A DNA stretch of 32,000 nucleotides, taken from NCBI RefSeq assembly GCF_000973505.1, contig NZ_CP010048.1, positions 150,001 through 182,000 of the forward strand, in the 5' to 3' direction. Made by a program: the position numbers and the translations under genes. Position 1 is the first letter of the stretch. Every line of letters begins with the position of its first letter. This stretch comes from Candidatus Saccharimonadota bacterium. GTDB taxonomy: Bacteria > Pseudomonadota > Gammaproteobacteria > Enterobacterales > Enterobacteriaceae. This document shows, piece by piece, positions 21,296-31,964 of the stretch. Under the pieces are notes generated by a model, which made no database searches, was not told where the DNA came from, and was given only the letters and a program-made list of their open reading frames with translations.

Positions 21296-22371
21296 CGAAA
21301 AATTCAAAACGTTTGTTAATAACCGGGGGTGGTACTGGTGGTCATATATTTCCAGGATTGGCGGTGGCTCATTATTTAATTAAGGAATATGGATGGAAGG
21401 TATATTGGTTGGGTTCTATTGGTCATTTAGAGGCTGATATTGTTCCTAAAAATGGTATTCAGATTAATTTTATTCATGCGATTGGTTTTTGTGGAAAGAG
21501 TTGGTATAAACAATTAATATCGTTATTGTTTTTTTGTTTTTCAGTTTTGAAAGCAAGAAGTATTATTCGTTTTTGGAAACCAGATATTATATTAGGTGTA
21601 GGTGGATATGTTTCTGCGCCAGTTGGGGTTGCTGCTTGGTTTTGCGGTTGTCCTGTGATTGTACATGAGCAAAATTCTGTTGCTGGATTGGCCAATCGTT
21701 TTTTAGCTATGACAGTAGCTAAAAAAGTTTTACAGGCGTTTCCTAATGCTTTTTCATATGCTGAAACAGTTGGTAATCCAATTCGTGATGTTATATTAGA
21801 TATTAAAGATCCTGAAGATCGTTTGTGTAATAGAGTGGGTCCTGTTCGTTTATTAATAATAGGTGGCAGTCAAGGTGCTCAGATATTTAATCACATGATG
21901 CCAAGGATTCTTTCAGTTGTTATTAATCAATTTATTATTTGGCATCAGGTTGGTAAAGGAAACATACAAGAAGTGTATCATTTTTATAGTGATTTAGTAA
22001 AACAAGATGTGTATAAAATTATAGAATTTATTGATGATATCGCTTTTGCTTATGAGTGGGCTGATATAGTAATTTGTCGTTCTGGTGCATTAACGGTAAG
22101 TGAAATTTCTTCTGTTGGTGTACCAGCTATATTTGTACCGTTTGCACATAGAGATTGTCATCAATATTTGAATGCTTTGCCTTTGCAACAAATAGGTGCA
22201 GCGAAAATTATTAGTGAGCAAGAATTTACAGTTAACCATGTTTCTTACATATTACACACTTGGAGTGATCGTTCTTTGCTGTTAAAAATGGCGAAACGTG
22301 CTAAAATTTTAAGTATTCCTGATTCTACTGAGCAAATTGCGTATAGAATCAGATCATTACTTATTAGATGA
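21292..22371 (+). CDS. murG: Undecaprenyl-PP-MurNAc-pentapeptide GlcNAc transferase MurG
   Basis: The 359-aa ORF carries GGGTGGHIFPGLAVA, GGYVS, HEQN, GGSQGA and SGALTVSEI. The ATG overlaps the ftsW stop (ATGA). Confidence 0.94.
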   Translation: MTKNSKRLLITGGGTGGHIFPGLAVAHYLIKEYGWKVYWLGSIGHLEADIVPKNGIQINFIHAIGFCGKSWYKQLISLLFFCFSVLKARSIIRFWKPDIILGVGGYVSAPVGVAAWFCGCPVIVHEQNSVAGLANRFLAMTVAKKVLQAFPNAFSYAETVGNPIRDVILDIKDPEDRLCNRVGPVRLLIIGGSQGAQIFNHMMPRILSVVINQFIIWHQVGKGNIQEVYHFYSDLVKQDVYKIIEFIDDIAFAYEWADIVICRSGALTVSEISSVGVPAIFVPFAHRDCHQYLNALPLQQIGAAKIISEQEFTVNHVSYILHTWSDRSLLLKMAKRAKILSIPDSTEQIAYRIRSLLIR

Positions 22372-22438
22372 TATATTAAATGGTGATGGCATATATTTAT
22401 TTATATTGAATTATAGTTATAAAATTGTGAATATAAAT

Positions 22439-23893
22439 ATGAAAAGTTCTAAAAGGTTAGAAATTGATTTATCTGAAATTGTTCCATGTATTCGTAAAAT
22501 ACATTTTATTGGTATTGGTGGTTCTGGTATGTGTGGTATTGCTAAAATTTTAGTGAGTGCAGGTTATAAGATTAGTGGTTCTGATTTAGTTTCAAATGAA
22601 ATGATTATGCAGCTTATTACACTTGGTGTAAAAATTTTTTTTGATCATAAGTCTAAAAATATTTCTGGTGCGAATCTTGTAGTGATATCTAGTGCTATTC
22701 CTGTAGATAATCCGGAGGTTCTTGCTGCTAAGCGAGCTAGAATTTCAATAGTACATCGATCTGTGATTTTATCGGCTTTAATGCGATCTGTTTCTTGTAG
22801 TGTTGCTGTTGCTGGCACACATGGTAAAAGTACTACTACTGCGATGATAGTTAGTATTTATTGTGAATTGGGCTATGTGCCTACTTTTGTAAATGGAGGA
22901 ATAATAAAATCATTAGGCACATCTGCCCATTTTGGTGATGTTCGTAATTTGATTGTAGAAGCAGATGAAAGCGATGCTTCATTTTTGAATTTATATCCAA
23001 CTTTTGCAGTGATTACTAATATTGAGCCTGATCATATGGATACTTATCAAGGAGAATTAGAAAATTTAAAGATGGCATTTCTTAATTTTTTGCATAATTT
23101 ACCATGTAATGGTAAGGCTATTTTGTGTCTTGATGATCCTGTTGTTCGAACATTGTTGCCTTATATTAATAGAAAAGTTATTACATATGGTTTTAGTAAG
23201 GATGCTGATTTGTATATTAGTAATTATTCTCAGAATATGAATAAAAATAATTTCATTTTATGTAGAAAAAATATGGTCACTTTAGATATAGTTACAAAGA
23301 TTCCTGGTCGTCATAATGCACTTAATACTGCAGCGGCTATAGCTTTAGCAGTGGAATCTGGCATTGATGATAATAGTATATTACGGGCTGTGTTACAATT
23401 TCAGGGTGTTAATAGGCGGTTTGATATTTTAGGTATGTACGATCTTAAATATTTTAATAAACAATCTGGTGAGGTGATATTAGTAGATGATTATGGTCAT
23501 CATCCAATTGAGTTGTATGCTACTATTGAAACAATTCGTTCTGGTTGGCCTAACAAACGTGTAGTGATGGTATTTCAACCCCATCGTTTTACCCGGATAC
23601 GAGATTTATATGATGATTTTGTGCAGGTGTTATCTACGGTGGATGTTTTATTAATTTTGGATGTTTATTCCGCTGGTGAGATGTTCATTCCTGGTTATGA
23701 TAGTATTTCTTTATGTGCAACAATTCATAAATATGGTAAAATAGATCCATTTTTGGTGTCTGAGGAGGTATTGTTTTATGCGTTATCATCGATTTTAAAA
23801 GATAAAGATTTTCTTGTGATGCAGGGGGCTGGAACAATTGGAAATATAGCACAAAGATTGTTTAATTATGATCGGTTGAGCGATATGTCTTGA
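22439..23893 (+). CDS. murC: UDP-N-acetylmuramate:L-alanine ligase MurC
   Basis: The ORF carries HFIGIGGSGMCGIA, AGTHGKSTTTAM, EADESDASF and DDYGHHP. The track ORF (22337) extends 34 codons upstream into murG. ATG 22439 (MKSSKRLEIDLSEIVPCIRKIHFIGIGG) lines up with the E. coli MurC N-terminus, so I use it. Confidence 0.93.
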   Translation: MKSSKRLEIDLSEIVPCIRKIHFIGIGGSGMCGIAKILVSAGYKISGSDLVSNEMIMQLITLGVKIFFDHKSKNISGANLVVISSAIPVDNPEVLAAKRARISIVHRSVILSALMRSVSCSVAVAGTHGKSTTTAMIVSIYCELGYVPTFVNGGIIKSLGTSAHFGDVRNLIVEADESDASFLNLYPTFAVITNIEPDHMDTYQGELENLKMAFLNFLHNLPCNGKAILCLDDPVVRTLLPYINRKVITYGFSKDADLYISNYSQNMNKNNFILCRKNMVTLDIVTKIPGRHNALNTAAAIALAVESGIDDNSILRAVLQFQGVNRRFDILGMYDLKYFNKQSGEVILVDDYGHHPIELYATIETIRSGWPNKRVVMVFQPHRFTRIRDLYDDFVQVLSTVDVLLILDVYSAGEMFIPGYDSISLCATIHKYGKIDPFLVSEEVLFYALSSILKDKDFLVMQGAGTIGNIAQRLFNYDRLSDMS

Positions 23894-24004
23894 TTGTAGT
23901 GATTTTTTTAGTGAATATAGATGAAAAATATTACAATATTTAATGATTTATGTATTATTAATATGTATTGATTGTATTAATGACATGATATCAAGAAATG
24001 TATT

Positions 24005-24751
24005 GTGAGATATTTTAATGTAATCAGAAATATATTTTTAAGATGGATATATTTTTTAATATTCTTTAGTATGATAGTGTTTGTTGTTTGTCGGTTGATA
24101 TTTTGGATGCACCATACTAGTAGTTCCGTGCTGGTATTTAAGTTGGTGATTAGTGGGAATCGACGTTATACTACTGATGATGAGATTCGAAATGCCGTTT
24201 TGCGTGTTGCTCCGATGGGAACTTTTATAACTTATAATATAAATCTTGTTCAAAGAGAAATTAAAAGTTTGCCTTGGGTTAAGCAAGTAAGTGTTCGGAA
24301 GCAATGGCCGAATAAGTTAAAGGTTTATATTATTGAATATGTGCCAGTGGCGTATTGGAATTCTTCACATATGATGCTTACTAGAGATGCGGTAATTTTT
24401 ACTATTCCTGAAAGTCGAATGAATCGGCAGTCATTTCCTATGTTGTTTGGTCCAGTAGGTACTGAAAGAGATGTACTGATTAATTATTATGTTTTTCTTG
24501 AGATTTTAAAATTTAATTTATATACACTGCAATCAGCCGGTATAGATAATCGTTATTCGTGGCACATAATATTAGAAAACGGTACTAGATTAATATTAGG
24601 TCGAAAATATTGTATTGAACGATTGCAACGTTTTGTCAAGTTTTATCCTATTTTTCTTAAGAAAAATATGTATAAAAACAACGAATTTGTTCATTATATT
24701 GATTTGCGTTATGAATCAGGTTTTTCTGTAAAGACCATACCGAATAAATAA
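24005..24751 (+). CDS. ftsQ: Cell division protein FtsQ
   Basis: The 248-aa ORF starts at a GTG and has a short cytoplasmic tail plus one TM segment. The POTRA block [31 protein letters not shown] matches E. coli [43 protein letters not shown] matches YVDLRYDSGAAV. Confidence 0.87.
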   Translation: [248 protein letters not shown]

Positions 24752-24800
24752 TTGAGAAAGAATTAATTGATATAATTTTATTATGTAAGGTCATGCTAGT

Positions 24801-26063
24801 ATGGTTAAATTACTGGAAAAAAAGTTAGTTGTTGGTTTAGAAATAGGAACATCTAAAGTTTCTGCATTAATTGGTGAAATTTTATCTGATAATACGGTGA
24901 ATGTTATTGGTGTTGGCAATGTGTTATCGCGAGGGATAGATAAAGGATGGATTAATGATTTAGAGTCTGTTATAAGTTGTGTGCAATGTGTTGTCAATCA
25001 AGCTGAATTAATGGGTAACTGTCAGGTTTCATCGATATATTTAGCTGTATCTGGTAGAAATATTAATTGTCAAAATGAAATAGGTATGGTTCCCCTTTTA
25101 GGGGAGGAGGTTACATTAGAGGATATTGAAAATGTAGTACATACAGCTAAATCTGTTAAAATACGTGATGAACATAGAATTCTTCATGTTATCCCCCAAG
25201 AATACGCGATTGATGCTCAAGAGGGTATTAAAAATCCGTTAGGTTTATCTGGCGTAAGAATGCAAGCCAAGGTGCATTTAATTACATGTCACAATGATAT
25301 GGCTAAAAATATTATTAAATCTGTTGAACGGTGTGGTATAAACGTGGATCGACTAATATTTTCTGGTCTCGCTTCATCTTATGCAGTATTAACTCATGAT
25401 GATCGTGAATTGGGAGTGTGTGTGGTGGATATTGGTAGTGGTACTATGGATATAGTAATTTATATTGGTGGTGCATTGCGATATACCAAAGTTATTCCTT
25501 ATGCTGGTAATATAGTAACTAGTGATATTGCTTATGCTTTTGGAACATCTACAAGTGATGCAGAAAGTATTAAGGTACGTTATGGGTGTGCTTTGGAGTC
25601 TTTAGTTAATAAAGATGAAAATGTTGAATTGACAAGTATTAATGGCCGTTCTTCTCGTATTTTGCAGCGGCAAACATTAGCAACAATAATTGAACCAAGA
25701 TATTATGAATTATTAACTTTAGTTAATAATGAGATAATTAAATTGCGTAATCAATTACGTTTTCGTGGTATAAAGTTTGACCTTTCGGGTGGTATTGTAT
25801 TAACAGGTGGGGGTTCTAAGATAAATGGTTTAGTAAGTTGTGCAGAAAGAGTTTTTTCTGGTTTTCATATTCGTATTGGTAGTCCAATGTGTATCACTGA
25901 TTTGACAGAGTGTGTTCAGAAGCCTGATTATTCTACTACTGTAGGTTTGTTGCATTACGGAAAAGAATTGCAAATAAATACTGCAACAGGGATTGGGAAA
26001 AATACTTTATTTAGTACATTGTTGAAAAAAATAAATCATTGGTTCAAAAAGGAGATTTGTTGA
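24801..26063 (+). CDS. ftsA: Cell division protein FtsA
   Basis: The 420-aa ORF (same length as E. coli FtsA) carries KLVVGLEIGTSKV, HVIPQEYAIDAQEGIKNP, GVCVVDIGSGTMD, VIPYAGNIVTSDIAYAFG and GIVLTGGGSKI. A C-terminal amphipathic helix (INHWFKKE) is present. Confidence 0.97.
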   Translation: MVKLLEKKLVVGLEIGTSKVSALIGEILSDNTVNVIGVGNVLSRGIDKGWINDLESVISCVQCVVNQAELMGNCQVSSIYLAVSGRNINCQNEIGMVPLLGEEVTLEDIENVVHTAKSVKIRDEHRILHVIPQEYAIDAQEGIKNPLGLSGVRMQAKVHLITCHNDMAKNIIKSVERCGINVDRLIFSGLASSYAVLTHDDRELGVCVVDIGSGTMDIVIYIGGALRYTKVIPYAGNIVTSDIAYAFGTSTSDAESIKVRYGCALESLVNKDENVELTSINGRSSRILQRQTLATIIEPRYYELLTLVNNEIIKLRNQLRFRGIKFDLSGGIVLTGGGSKINGLVSCAERVFSGFHIRIGSPMCITDLTECVQKPDYSTTVGLLHYGKELQINTATGIGKNTLFSTLLKKINHWFKKEIC

Positions 26064-26151
26064 ACATTAAGTTGTAAGTATTTTAGGTGAAATCGGCGTT
26101 AATTTTTAATAGGTAAGTGATAACATGGATAATGAGGTAATGATAAGTTAT

Positions 26152-26155
26152 GGAG
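26152..26155 (+). promoter_or_regulatory. Shine-Dalgarno GGAG, 7 nt upstream of the ftsZ ATG
   Basis: The sequence reads ...TTATGGAGAAAAAAT-ATG. Confidence 0.5.
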
Positions 26156-26162
26156 AAAAAAT

Positions 26163-27353
26163 ATGTTTGAACCGATAGAATTGACTACTGAAGCAATAAT
26201 TAAAGTACTTGGAGTTGGTGGTGGTGGATGCAATGCTATTGAGCATATGGTGCACGAGAATATTGAAGGTGTTGATTTTTTAGCCATTAATACTGACGCT
26301 CAGGCATTGCGAAAGATGGATGTAAAGCAGATTATTCAAATTGGTAGTACTATTACTAAAGGATTAGGTGCTGGTGCTAATCCAGATGTAGGTCGCAATT
26401 CTGCAGAAGAAGATCGTGATGTATTACGAGGCGCGATAGAAGGAGCGGATATGTTATTTATTGCTGCTGGTATGGGTGGTGGCACTGGGACTGGTGCAGC
26501 ACCAGTAGTTGCGTCTATTGCTAAAGATTTAAGTATTTTAACTGTAGCAGTAGTTACTAAACCATTTAGTTTTGAGGGCAAACGACGTATGGCTTTTGCT
26601 GAGCAGGGTATTTCTGAATTATCGAAATATGTTGACTCTTTAATTATCATTCCAAATGATAAATTATTAAAAGTATTAGGGAAAGGTATTTCTTTATTGG
26701 ATGCTTTTCGTGTTGCTAATGATGTCTTAAAGGGAGCTGTGCAGGGTATTTCTGAATTAATTACACATCCTGGATTAATGAATGTTGATTTTGCTGATGT
26801 GCGTACGGTGATGTCTGAAATGGGATATGCTATGATGGGTACTGGGGTGGCATCCGGTGATAATCGTGCTGAGGAAGCCGCAGAGCTAGCTATATCGAGT
26901 CCTTTGTTAGAAGATATTGATTTATCTGGTGCTCGGGGTGTGCTTATTAATATTACTTCTGGTTTTGATTTACGTTTGGATGAATTTGAAATTATAGGTA
27001 ATACTATACGCTCTGTGTCTTCTGATAATGCGATTGTTGTTATGGGTACTTCGTTAAATCCAGATATTAATAATGAATTACGTGTTACTATTGTAGCAAC
27101 TGGTATTGGTATTGATAAGCCTTCAGAAATAATGTTGGTAGCAGGCAATAATCAAGATAAAGAACATGGACAGAGAGCTGTGGATAAAAACCATTATCGA
27201 ACTCCTGTTAAAGAATATGCTGCTACGTCTCTTTCAGGTCACAGTTATTCATCTGATGTTTTAAGTCAAAAAAGTTTATCAGTTAACAAGAATAAAGAGA
27301 ATGAATCAGATTATTTAGATATTCCAACTTTTTTACGTAGACAGATAGATTAA
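26163..27353 (+). CDS. ftsZ: Cell division GTPase FtsZ
   Basis: The 396-aa ORF carries GVGGGGCNA, the tubulin signature [18 protein letters not shown], and the conserved C-terminal peptide [12 protein letters not shown]. Confidence 0.98.
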   Translation: MFEPIELTTEAIIKVLGVGGGGCNAIEHMVHENIEGVDFLAINTDAQALRKMDVKQIIQIGSTITKGLGAGANPDVGRNSAEEDRDVLRGAIEGADMLFIAAGMGGGTGTGAAPVVASIAKDLSILTVAVVTKPFSFEGKRRMAFAEQGISELSKYVDSLIIIPNDKLLKVLGKGISLLDAFRVANDVLKGAVQGISELITHPGLMNVDFADVRTVMSEMGYAMMGTGVASGDNRAEEAAELAISSPLLEDIDLSGARGVLINITSGFDLRLDEFEIIGNTIRSVSSDNAIVVMGTSLNPDINNELRVTIVATGIGIDKPSEIMLVAGNNQDKEHGQRAVDKNHYRTPVKEYAATSLSGHSYSSDVLSQKSLSVNKNKENESDYLDIPTFLRRQID

Positions 27354-27499
27354 TATAATGTGATGGTTGTATGAGTTATTTTGTTTCGTGTTATGATGTT
27401 TAATTAATTTATGTGCTTTCTTATGTTATTGTATGATAAATATGGTAAATTTATGGATCTATGCTTCGATAATAAAAATACATGACATAATAGGAAATA

Positions 27500-28417
27500 G
27501 TGATTGTGAGACAACGGACAGTAAAGCGTACTGTCAAAATAAATGGCATTGGATTGCACACTGGTCGGAAAGTTACATTAACTTTGCATCCTGCGTTAGA
27601 AAATACTGGAATTATTTATCGTCGTGTTGATTTGAATCCTCCTACAATGTTTCAGGTTAGTAGTATGTTAGTAGGAGATACTAAATTATGTACTTGTTTG
27701 GTTAATGAATATGGTGTTCGTGTTTCTACTGTTGAACATTTAAGTGCAGCGCAAGCTGGATTAGGTATTGATAATATTGTAGTGGAGATTAATGCTCCCG
27801 AAATTCCCATTATGGATGGCAGTGCTGTTCCTTTTGTCAGTTTATTGTTAGATGCGGGTATTACAGAGCTTAATAGTGCAAAGAAATTTATTCGTGTTAA
27901 ACGAATGATACGGGTAGAGGATGGAGATAAATGGGCGAAATTAGTGCCATATGATGGTTTTACATTAGATTTTACTATTGATTTTAATCATCCTGCTATT
28001 GATCCTAATTTGCAACATTATTTTTTTGATTTTTCTGTAGAATCTTTTATATATAAAATTAGTCCTGCGCGCACTTTTGGTTTTATTAAAGATGTAAAAC
28101 AATTACAATCTTCTGATTTAGTTCTTGGGGGTAGTTTAGATTGTGCTATTGTGGTTGATGATCATCAAATTTTGAATAAGGATGGTTTGCGTTTTAAAAA
28201 TGAATTTGTTCGACATAAGATGTTGGATGCGATAGGTGATTTATTTATTTGTGGTTATAATTTAATTGGTTCTTTTGTTGGTTTTAAATCTGGTCATGCG
28301 TTAAATAATAAATTGTTGAAAACGTTATTAGCATCTCAAGAGTCATGGGAATTTGTGACTTTTAATAATGAATCAGATCTTCCTTATGTTTTTGGTTTTC
28401 CTCATGGTGTTATTTAA
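27500..28417 (+). CDS. lpxC: UDP-3-O-acyl-N-acetylglucosamine deacetylase LpxC
   Basis: The 305-aa ORF (same length as E. coli LpxC) starts [10 protein letters not shown] versus E. coli MIKQRTLKR. It carries [35 protein letters not shown] and [12 protein letters not shown] 27500 is preceded by AGGA at 27492-27495; GTG 27506 is an alternative start. Confidence 0.95.
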   Translation: MIVRQRTVKRTVKINGIGLHTGRKVTLTLHPALENTGIIYRRVDLNPPTMFQVSSMLVGDTKLCTCLVNEYGVRVSTVEHLSAAQAGLGIDNIVVEINAPEIPIMDGSAVPFVSLLLDAGITELNSAKKFIRVKRMIRVEDGDKWAKLVPYDGFTLDFTIDFNHPAIDPNLQHYFFDFSVESFIYKISPARTFGFIKDVKQLQSSDLVLGGSLDCAIVVDDHQILNKDGLRFKNEFVRHKMLDAIGDLFICGYNLIGSFVGFKSGHALNNKLLKTLLASQESWEFVTFNNESDLPYVFGFPHGVI

Positions 28418-28885
28418 AAATGGAATATTAATATTCTTTTGTGTATGCAAAAATATATTTTTTTTAAAATGATTTCAATATATTACTAAATTAATATTTA
28501 TAATTATGCATTAGTGATTTTTCATTATATTTTTATGTTTTTTTAGGTATTATTTTGTTGTGAGTGTAGTTTAGTTATTTTTTAGAAATGAATAATTATT
28601 ACTGTTTTATATAATAAATTATGTATATGTCTTGTTTATGTTTATAAATCATTATTTGAAATATCGTATGGTATTTAAATATTATTTATGTTATAAAATT
28701 GGATACTGATAGTGTTTATGTTGTTGATTTTATTGTGTGTGTTTTATTATTTGTTTTTGTTTGTGGATTTTTGTTAATTATGAATATTTATGGTAAATAA
28801 TTATGTAAAATAACAGCATAATATTTTTTAGTATGTGTGTTATAGTTAACGTCAATTTATATTATTTATACAACAATGTAAAATA

Positions 28886-31588
28886 ATGTTATTAAGATTT
28901 TTTTCTAAATTTTTTGGTAGTTATAACAATCGAATATTGCGTCGTGTAAGTAAAATTGTGGAGATCATTAATCGTATGGAATCAGATATGGAGCGATTAA
29001 CTGATAAGCAACTTTCCGCTAAAACTGACGAATTTCGTTCTTGCATTCGACAAGGTCAGACTCTTGAGTATATACTACCGCAAGCATTTGCTGTAGTGCG
29101 TGAAGCTAGTAAGCGTATTTTCAATATGCGTCATTTTGATGTTCAGTTATTAGGAGGTATAGTTTTAAATAATCGATGTGTAGCTGAAATGCGTACTGGA
29201 GAAGGAAAAACACTAACAGCTACTTTACCTGCTTATTTAAATGCTTTGACTGGAAAAGGAGTACATATAGTTACGGTCAATAATTATTTGGCAGAACGTG
29301 ATGCGAATGATAATCGTCCTTTATTTGAGTTTTTGGGTTTAACGGTAGGGCTCAATTTGCCAGGAATGTCTATATCAGATAAACGTCTTGCGTATCAGGC
29401 AGATATTACGTATGGTACGAATAATGAATATGGTTTTGATTATTTACGAGATAACATGATATTTGATTCGCAGGAACGTGTACAACGTGTATTGCATTAT
29501 GCATTGTTGGATGAAGTAGATTCGATTTTAATTGATGAAGCTAGGACTCCATTAATTATTTCTGGTCCTGCCGAAGATAGTTCTGATTTGTATAAAAAAA
29601 TTAATATGTTAATTCCTAGTTTAGTTCGTCAGGATCGAGAGGATTCAGATTCTTTTCAAGGAAAAGGTCACTTTGTTGTTGATGAAAAATTCAAACAGGT
29701 TATTTTAACTGAGCGTGGGTTAATATTAATTGAAAAATTAATGATGCAAGCTGGAATAATGAATGAAGGTGAATCTTTATATTCACCAGCAAATATTATT
29801 TTAATGCATCATATGAATGCTGCTTTACGTGCTCATGTATTATTTACTCGTGAAGTAGATTATATTGTTAAAGATGGTGAAGTGCTCATTGTGGATGAGC
29901 ATACTGGTAGAGTTCTGCCAGGTCGACGTTGGTCAGATGGTTTACACCAAGCGATAGAAGCTAAAGAAAATTTATCAGTTCAAAGTGAAAATCATACATT
30001 AGCTTCAATCACATTTCAAAATTATTTTCGATTATATGAAAAATTGTCAGGTATGACTGGTACTGCAGCTACTGAGTCATTTGAGTTTCGTGCTATTTAT
30101 AAATTAGATACGATTGTAATACCTACTAATTGTCCCATGATTCGTAAAGATTTTCCAGATTTAGTGTATATGACGGAATGCGAAAAAATTGTTTCTATAA
30201 TTAATGACATTAAATCTTGTGTGCGACGTAATCAACCAGTTTTAGTAGGAACTATTTCTATTGAAAAATCAGAAGTTATTTCTTGTTTTTTAAAACGTGA
30301 ACATATTCCTCATAAGGTTTTAAATGCAAAATTTCATGCTGTAGAAGCTGATATTATTGCTCAGGCTGGTCGACCTGGTGCAGTGACTATTGCAACAAAT
30401 ATGGCAGGGAGGGGTACAGATATTGTATTAGGTGGTAATTGGCGTGCAGAAATAGCTGCGTTGGGAAATAATATCAGTGATAATCAGATTACGAGTATTA
30501 AATCATCTTGGAAAAAGCGAAATGATGCAGTGTTATCTGCTGGTGGTTTACATATTATTGGAACTGAAAGGCATGAATCTCGTCGAATTGATAATCAATT
30601 ACGGGGAAGGTCTGGTCGACAAGGAGATGTTGGTTCATCTCGTTTTTATTTGTCGATGGAAGATTCGTTAATGCGTATTTTTGCATCTGAACGTGTTGTT
30701 AGTATGATGCGTAAATTAGGTATGCAATCAGGTGATGCTATTGAACATCCTTGGGTTACTAAAACTATTGCCAATGCGCAAAGAAGGGTGGAAAACAGGA
30801 ATTTTGATATTCGCAAGGAATTATTGGAATATGATGACGTTGCAAATGATCAACGGCGAGTTGTATATACACAGCGTAATATATTAGTAGATATGTTAGA
30901 TGTTAGTGATGTGATTAAAAGTATGCGTGGTGATGTTGTAAAGAAGGTGTGTGATATTTATATTCCTATTTCTTTACCTAAGAGATCATGGGATATTTGT
31001 GGATTAGAAAAATGTTTACATGATGATTTTTCGGTAGATGTTTTAATAACGCAATGGTTACATGATGAACCGAGTTTATATAATAATGGTGTAGTGTTAC
31101 ATGAACGTGTTTTGTTGAAAATTATTGATCATTTTCTTTATCAGGAGTCTCTTTTTGGGGTTGAAGTGATGCGTTCGTTTGAAAAATCGATTATATTGCA
31201 AACTTTCGATTTATTATGGAAGGAACATTTGTCAGCTATGGAGTATTTGCGTCAAGGTATTCATTTACGAGGTTATGCTCAAAAGGATCCTAAGCAAGAA
31301 TATAAAAGGGAATCTTTTTTAATGTTTTCAAAGATGTTGGAAGATTTGAAATATGAAGTGGTTATTTCAATTAGTAAATTACATGTTCTTTATGCGGATA
31401 GGCTGAATTGTAGTGTAAATAAGGATTTTTCTTGGTATTATTCTAATATTTTCACGGATTTAAAAATAGGTCACATTAATAATGATCAAGTAAAAAATAA
31501 TATTTTATATAAGGTAAAAAAAAATGATTTATGTCCATGTCAATCCGGGAAAACATTCAGATTGTGTCATGGATATAATTTATATTGA
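28886..31588 (+). CDS. secA: Preprotein translocase ATPase SecA
   Basis: The 900-aa ORF (E. coli 901 aa) carries [14 protein letters not shown] (Walker A), [30 protein letters not shown] and [21 protein letters not shown]. The C-terminal zinc-binding tail [14 protein letters not shown] is also present. Confidence 0.98.
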   Translation: MLLRFFSKFFGSYNNRILRRVSKIVEIINRMESDMERLTDKQLSAKTDEFRSCIRQGQTLEYILPQAFAVVREASKRIFNMRHFDVQLLGGIVLNNRCVAEMRTGEGKTLTATLPAYLNALTGKGVHIVTVNNYLAERDANDNRPLFEFLGLTVGLNLPGMSISDKRLAYQADITYGTNNEYGFDYLRDNMIFDSQERVQRVLHYALLDEVDSILIDEARTPLIISGPAEDSSDLYKKINMLIPSLVRQDREDSDSFQGKGHFVVDEKFKQVILTERGLILIEKLMMQAGIMNEGESLYSPANIILMHHMNAALRAHVLFTREVDYIVKDGEVLIVDEHTGRVLPGRRWSDGLHQAIEAKENLSVQSENHTLASITFQNYFRLYEKLSGMTGTAATESFEFRAIYKLDTIVIPTNCPMIRKDFPDLVYMTECEKIVSIINDIKSCVRRNQPVLVGTISIEKSEVISCFLKREHIPHKVLNAKFHAVEADIIAQAGRPGAVTIATNMAGRGTDIVLGGNWRAEIAALGNNISDNQITSIKSSWKKRNDAVLSAGGLHIIGTERHESRRIDNQLRGRSGRQGDVGSSRFYLSMEDSLMRIFASERVVSMMRKLGMQSGDAIEHPWVTKTIANAQRRVENRNFDIRKELLEYDDVANDQRRVVYTQRNILVDMLDVSDVIKSMRGDVVKKVCDIYIPISLPKRSWDICGLEKCLHDDFSVDVLITQWLHDEPSLYNNGVVLHERVLLKIIDHFLYQESLFGVEVMRSFEKSIILQTFDLLWKEHLSAMEYLRQGIHLRGYAQKDPKQEYKRESFLMFSKMLEDLKYEVVISISKLHVLYADRLNCSVNKDFSWYYSNIFTDLKIGHINNDQVKNNILYKVKKNDLCPCQSGKTFRLCHGYNLY

Positions 31589-31964
31589 CTATATGAATTA
31601 GGTATTTTTTATTTTGAGATATTATTATTACATAATAGATAGATGTTTGTTCGTGGTTATTTTTTAAAATATAATGTGTTTGTTAGTATAAGTTATATAT
31701 ATGTTTTTTAATATGAATGTTTGTGTATTGTGTTTTGTGTGTGTTTGGTTGTGTTTTTTGTATTATAACGAAATATTTTGAAATATGATTGTTAAAGATC
31801 ATTATATGATAATAGTAATATATTAGGATGATGTGAATTTGTTAATTAGTTTATTTATATAACAATATTGTTAATTATGTTCTAATTAATATGTTAAATG
31901 GTATTGTTATTCTAGTATTTTTTAGTTATTGTTGTGGTTGATAAGTAATGGAGAGATTGAAATT

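Noticed and set aside
22337-22438. A 34-codon N-terminal extension of murC in the ORF track.
   Set aside because: The extension overlaps the murG 3' end and has no counterpart in E. coli MurC. ATG 22439 gives an N-terminus that aligns with MurC, with the GIGG.GM motif at the usual distance.
26336-27148. A 270-aa minus-strand ORF, the longest unexplained ORF in the track.
   Set aside because: It lies entirely antisense to the ftsZ core, whose identity is unambiguous. The translation is low-complexity (rich in P, A, S, I and T), as expected when Gly/Ala/Val-rich codons are read in reverse. There is no independent start context. It is a shadow ORF.
27433-27630. A 65-aa plus-strand ORF overlapping the lpxC start, plus other small same-region ORFs. 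These are at 14638-14829, 15948-16145, 20077-20277, 20536-20736, 21474-21695, 24056-24304, 24791-24997, 26099-26287 and 30477-30671.
   Set aside because: Each lies out of frame or antisense within a confidently identified gene. None has motifs or an independent translation signal.
28423-28440. The palindrome GAATATTAATATTC followed by TTTT, just after the lpxC stop. I considered it as a rho-independent terminator.
   Set aside because: The stem would be about 5 bp and almost entirely A-U, so it would be very weak. Palindromes of this kind are common in AT-rich DNA. It is not strong enough to annotate.
28718-28777. A 19-codon hydrophobic mini-ORF (MLLILLCVFYYLFLFVDFC) in the lpxC-secA spacer. 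I considered it as a secM replacement or small membrane peptide.
   Set aside because: It has no SD and no arrest-like motif. In GT-rich DNA, TTG/TTT/GTG strings give hydrophobic ORFs by chance. Without conservation data it is not supportable.
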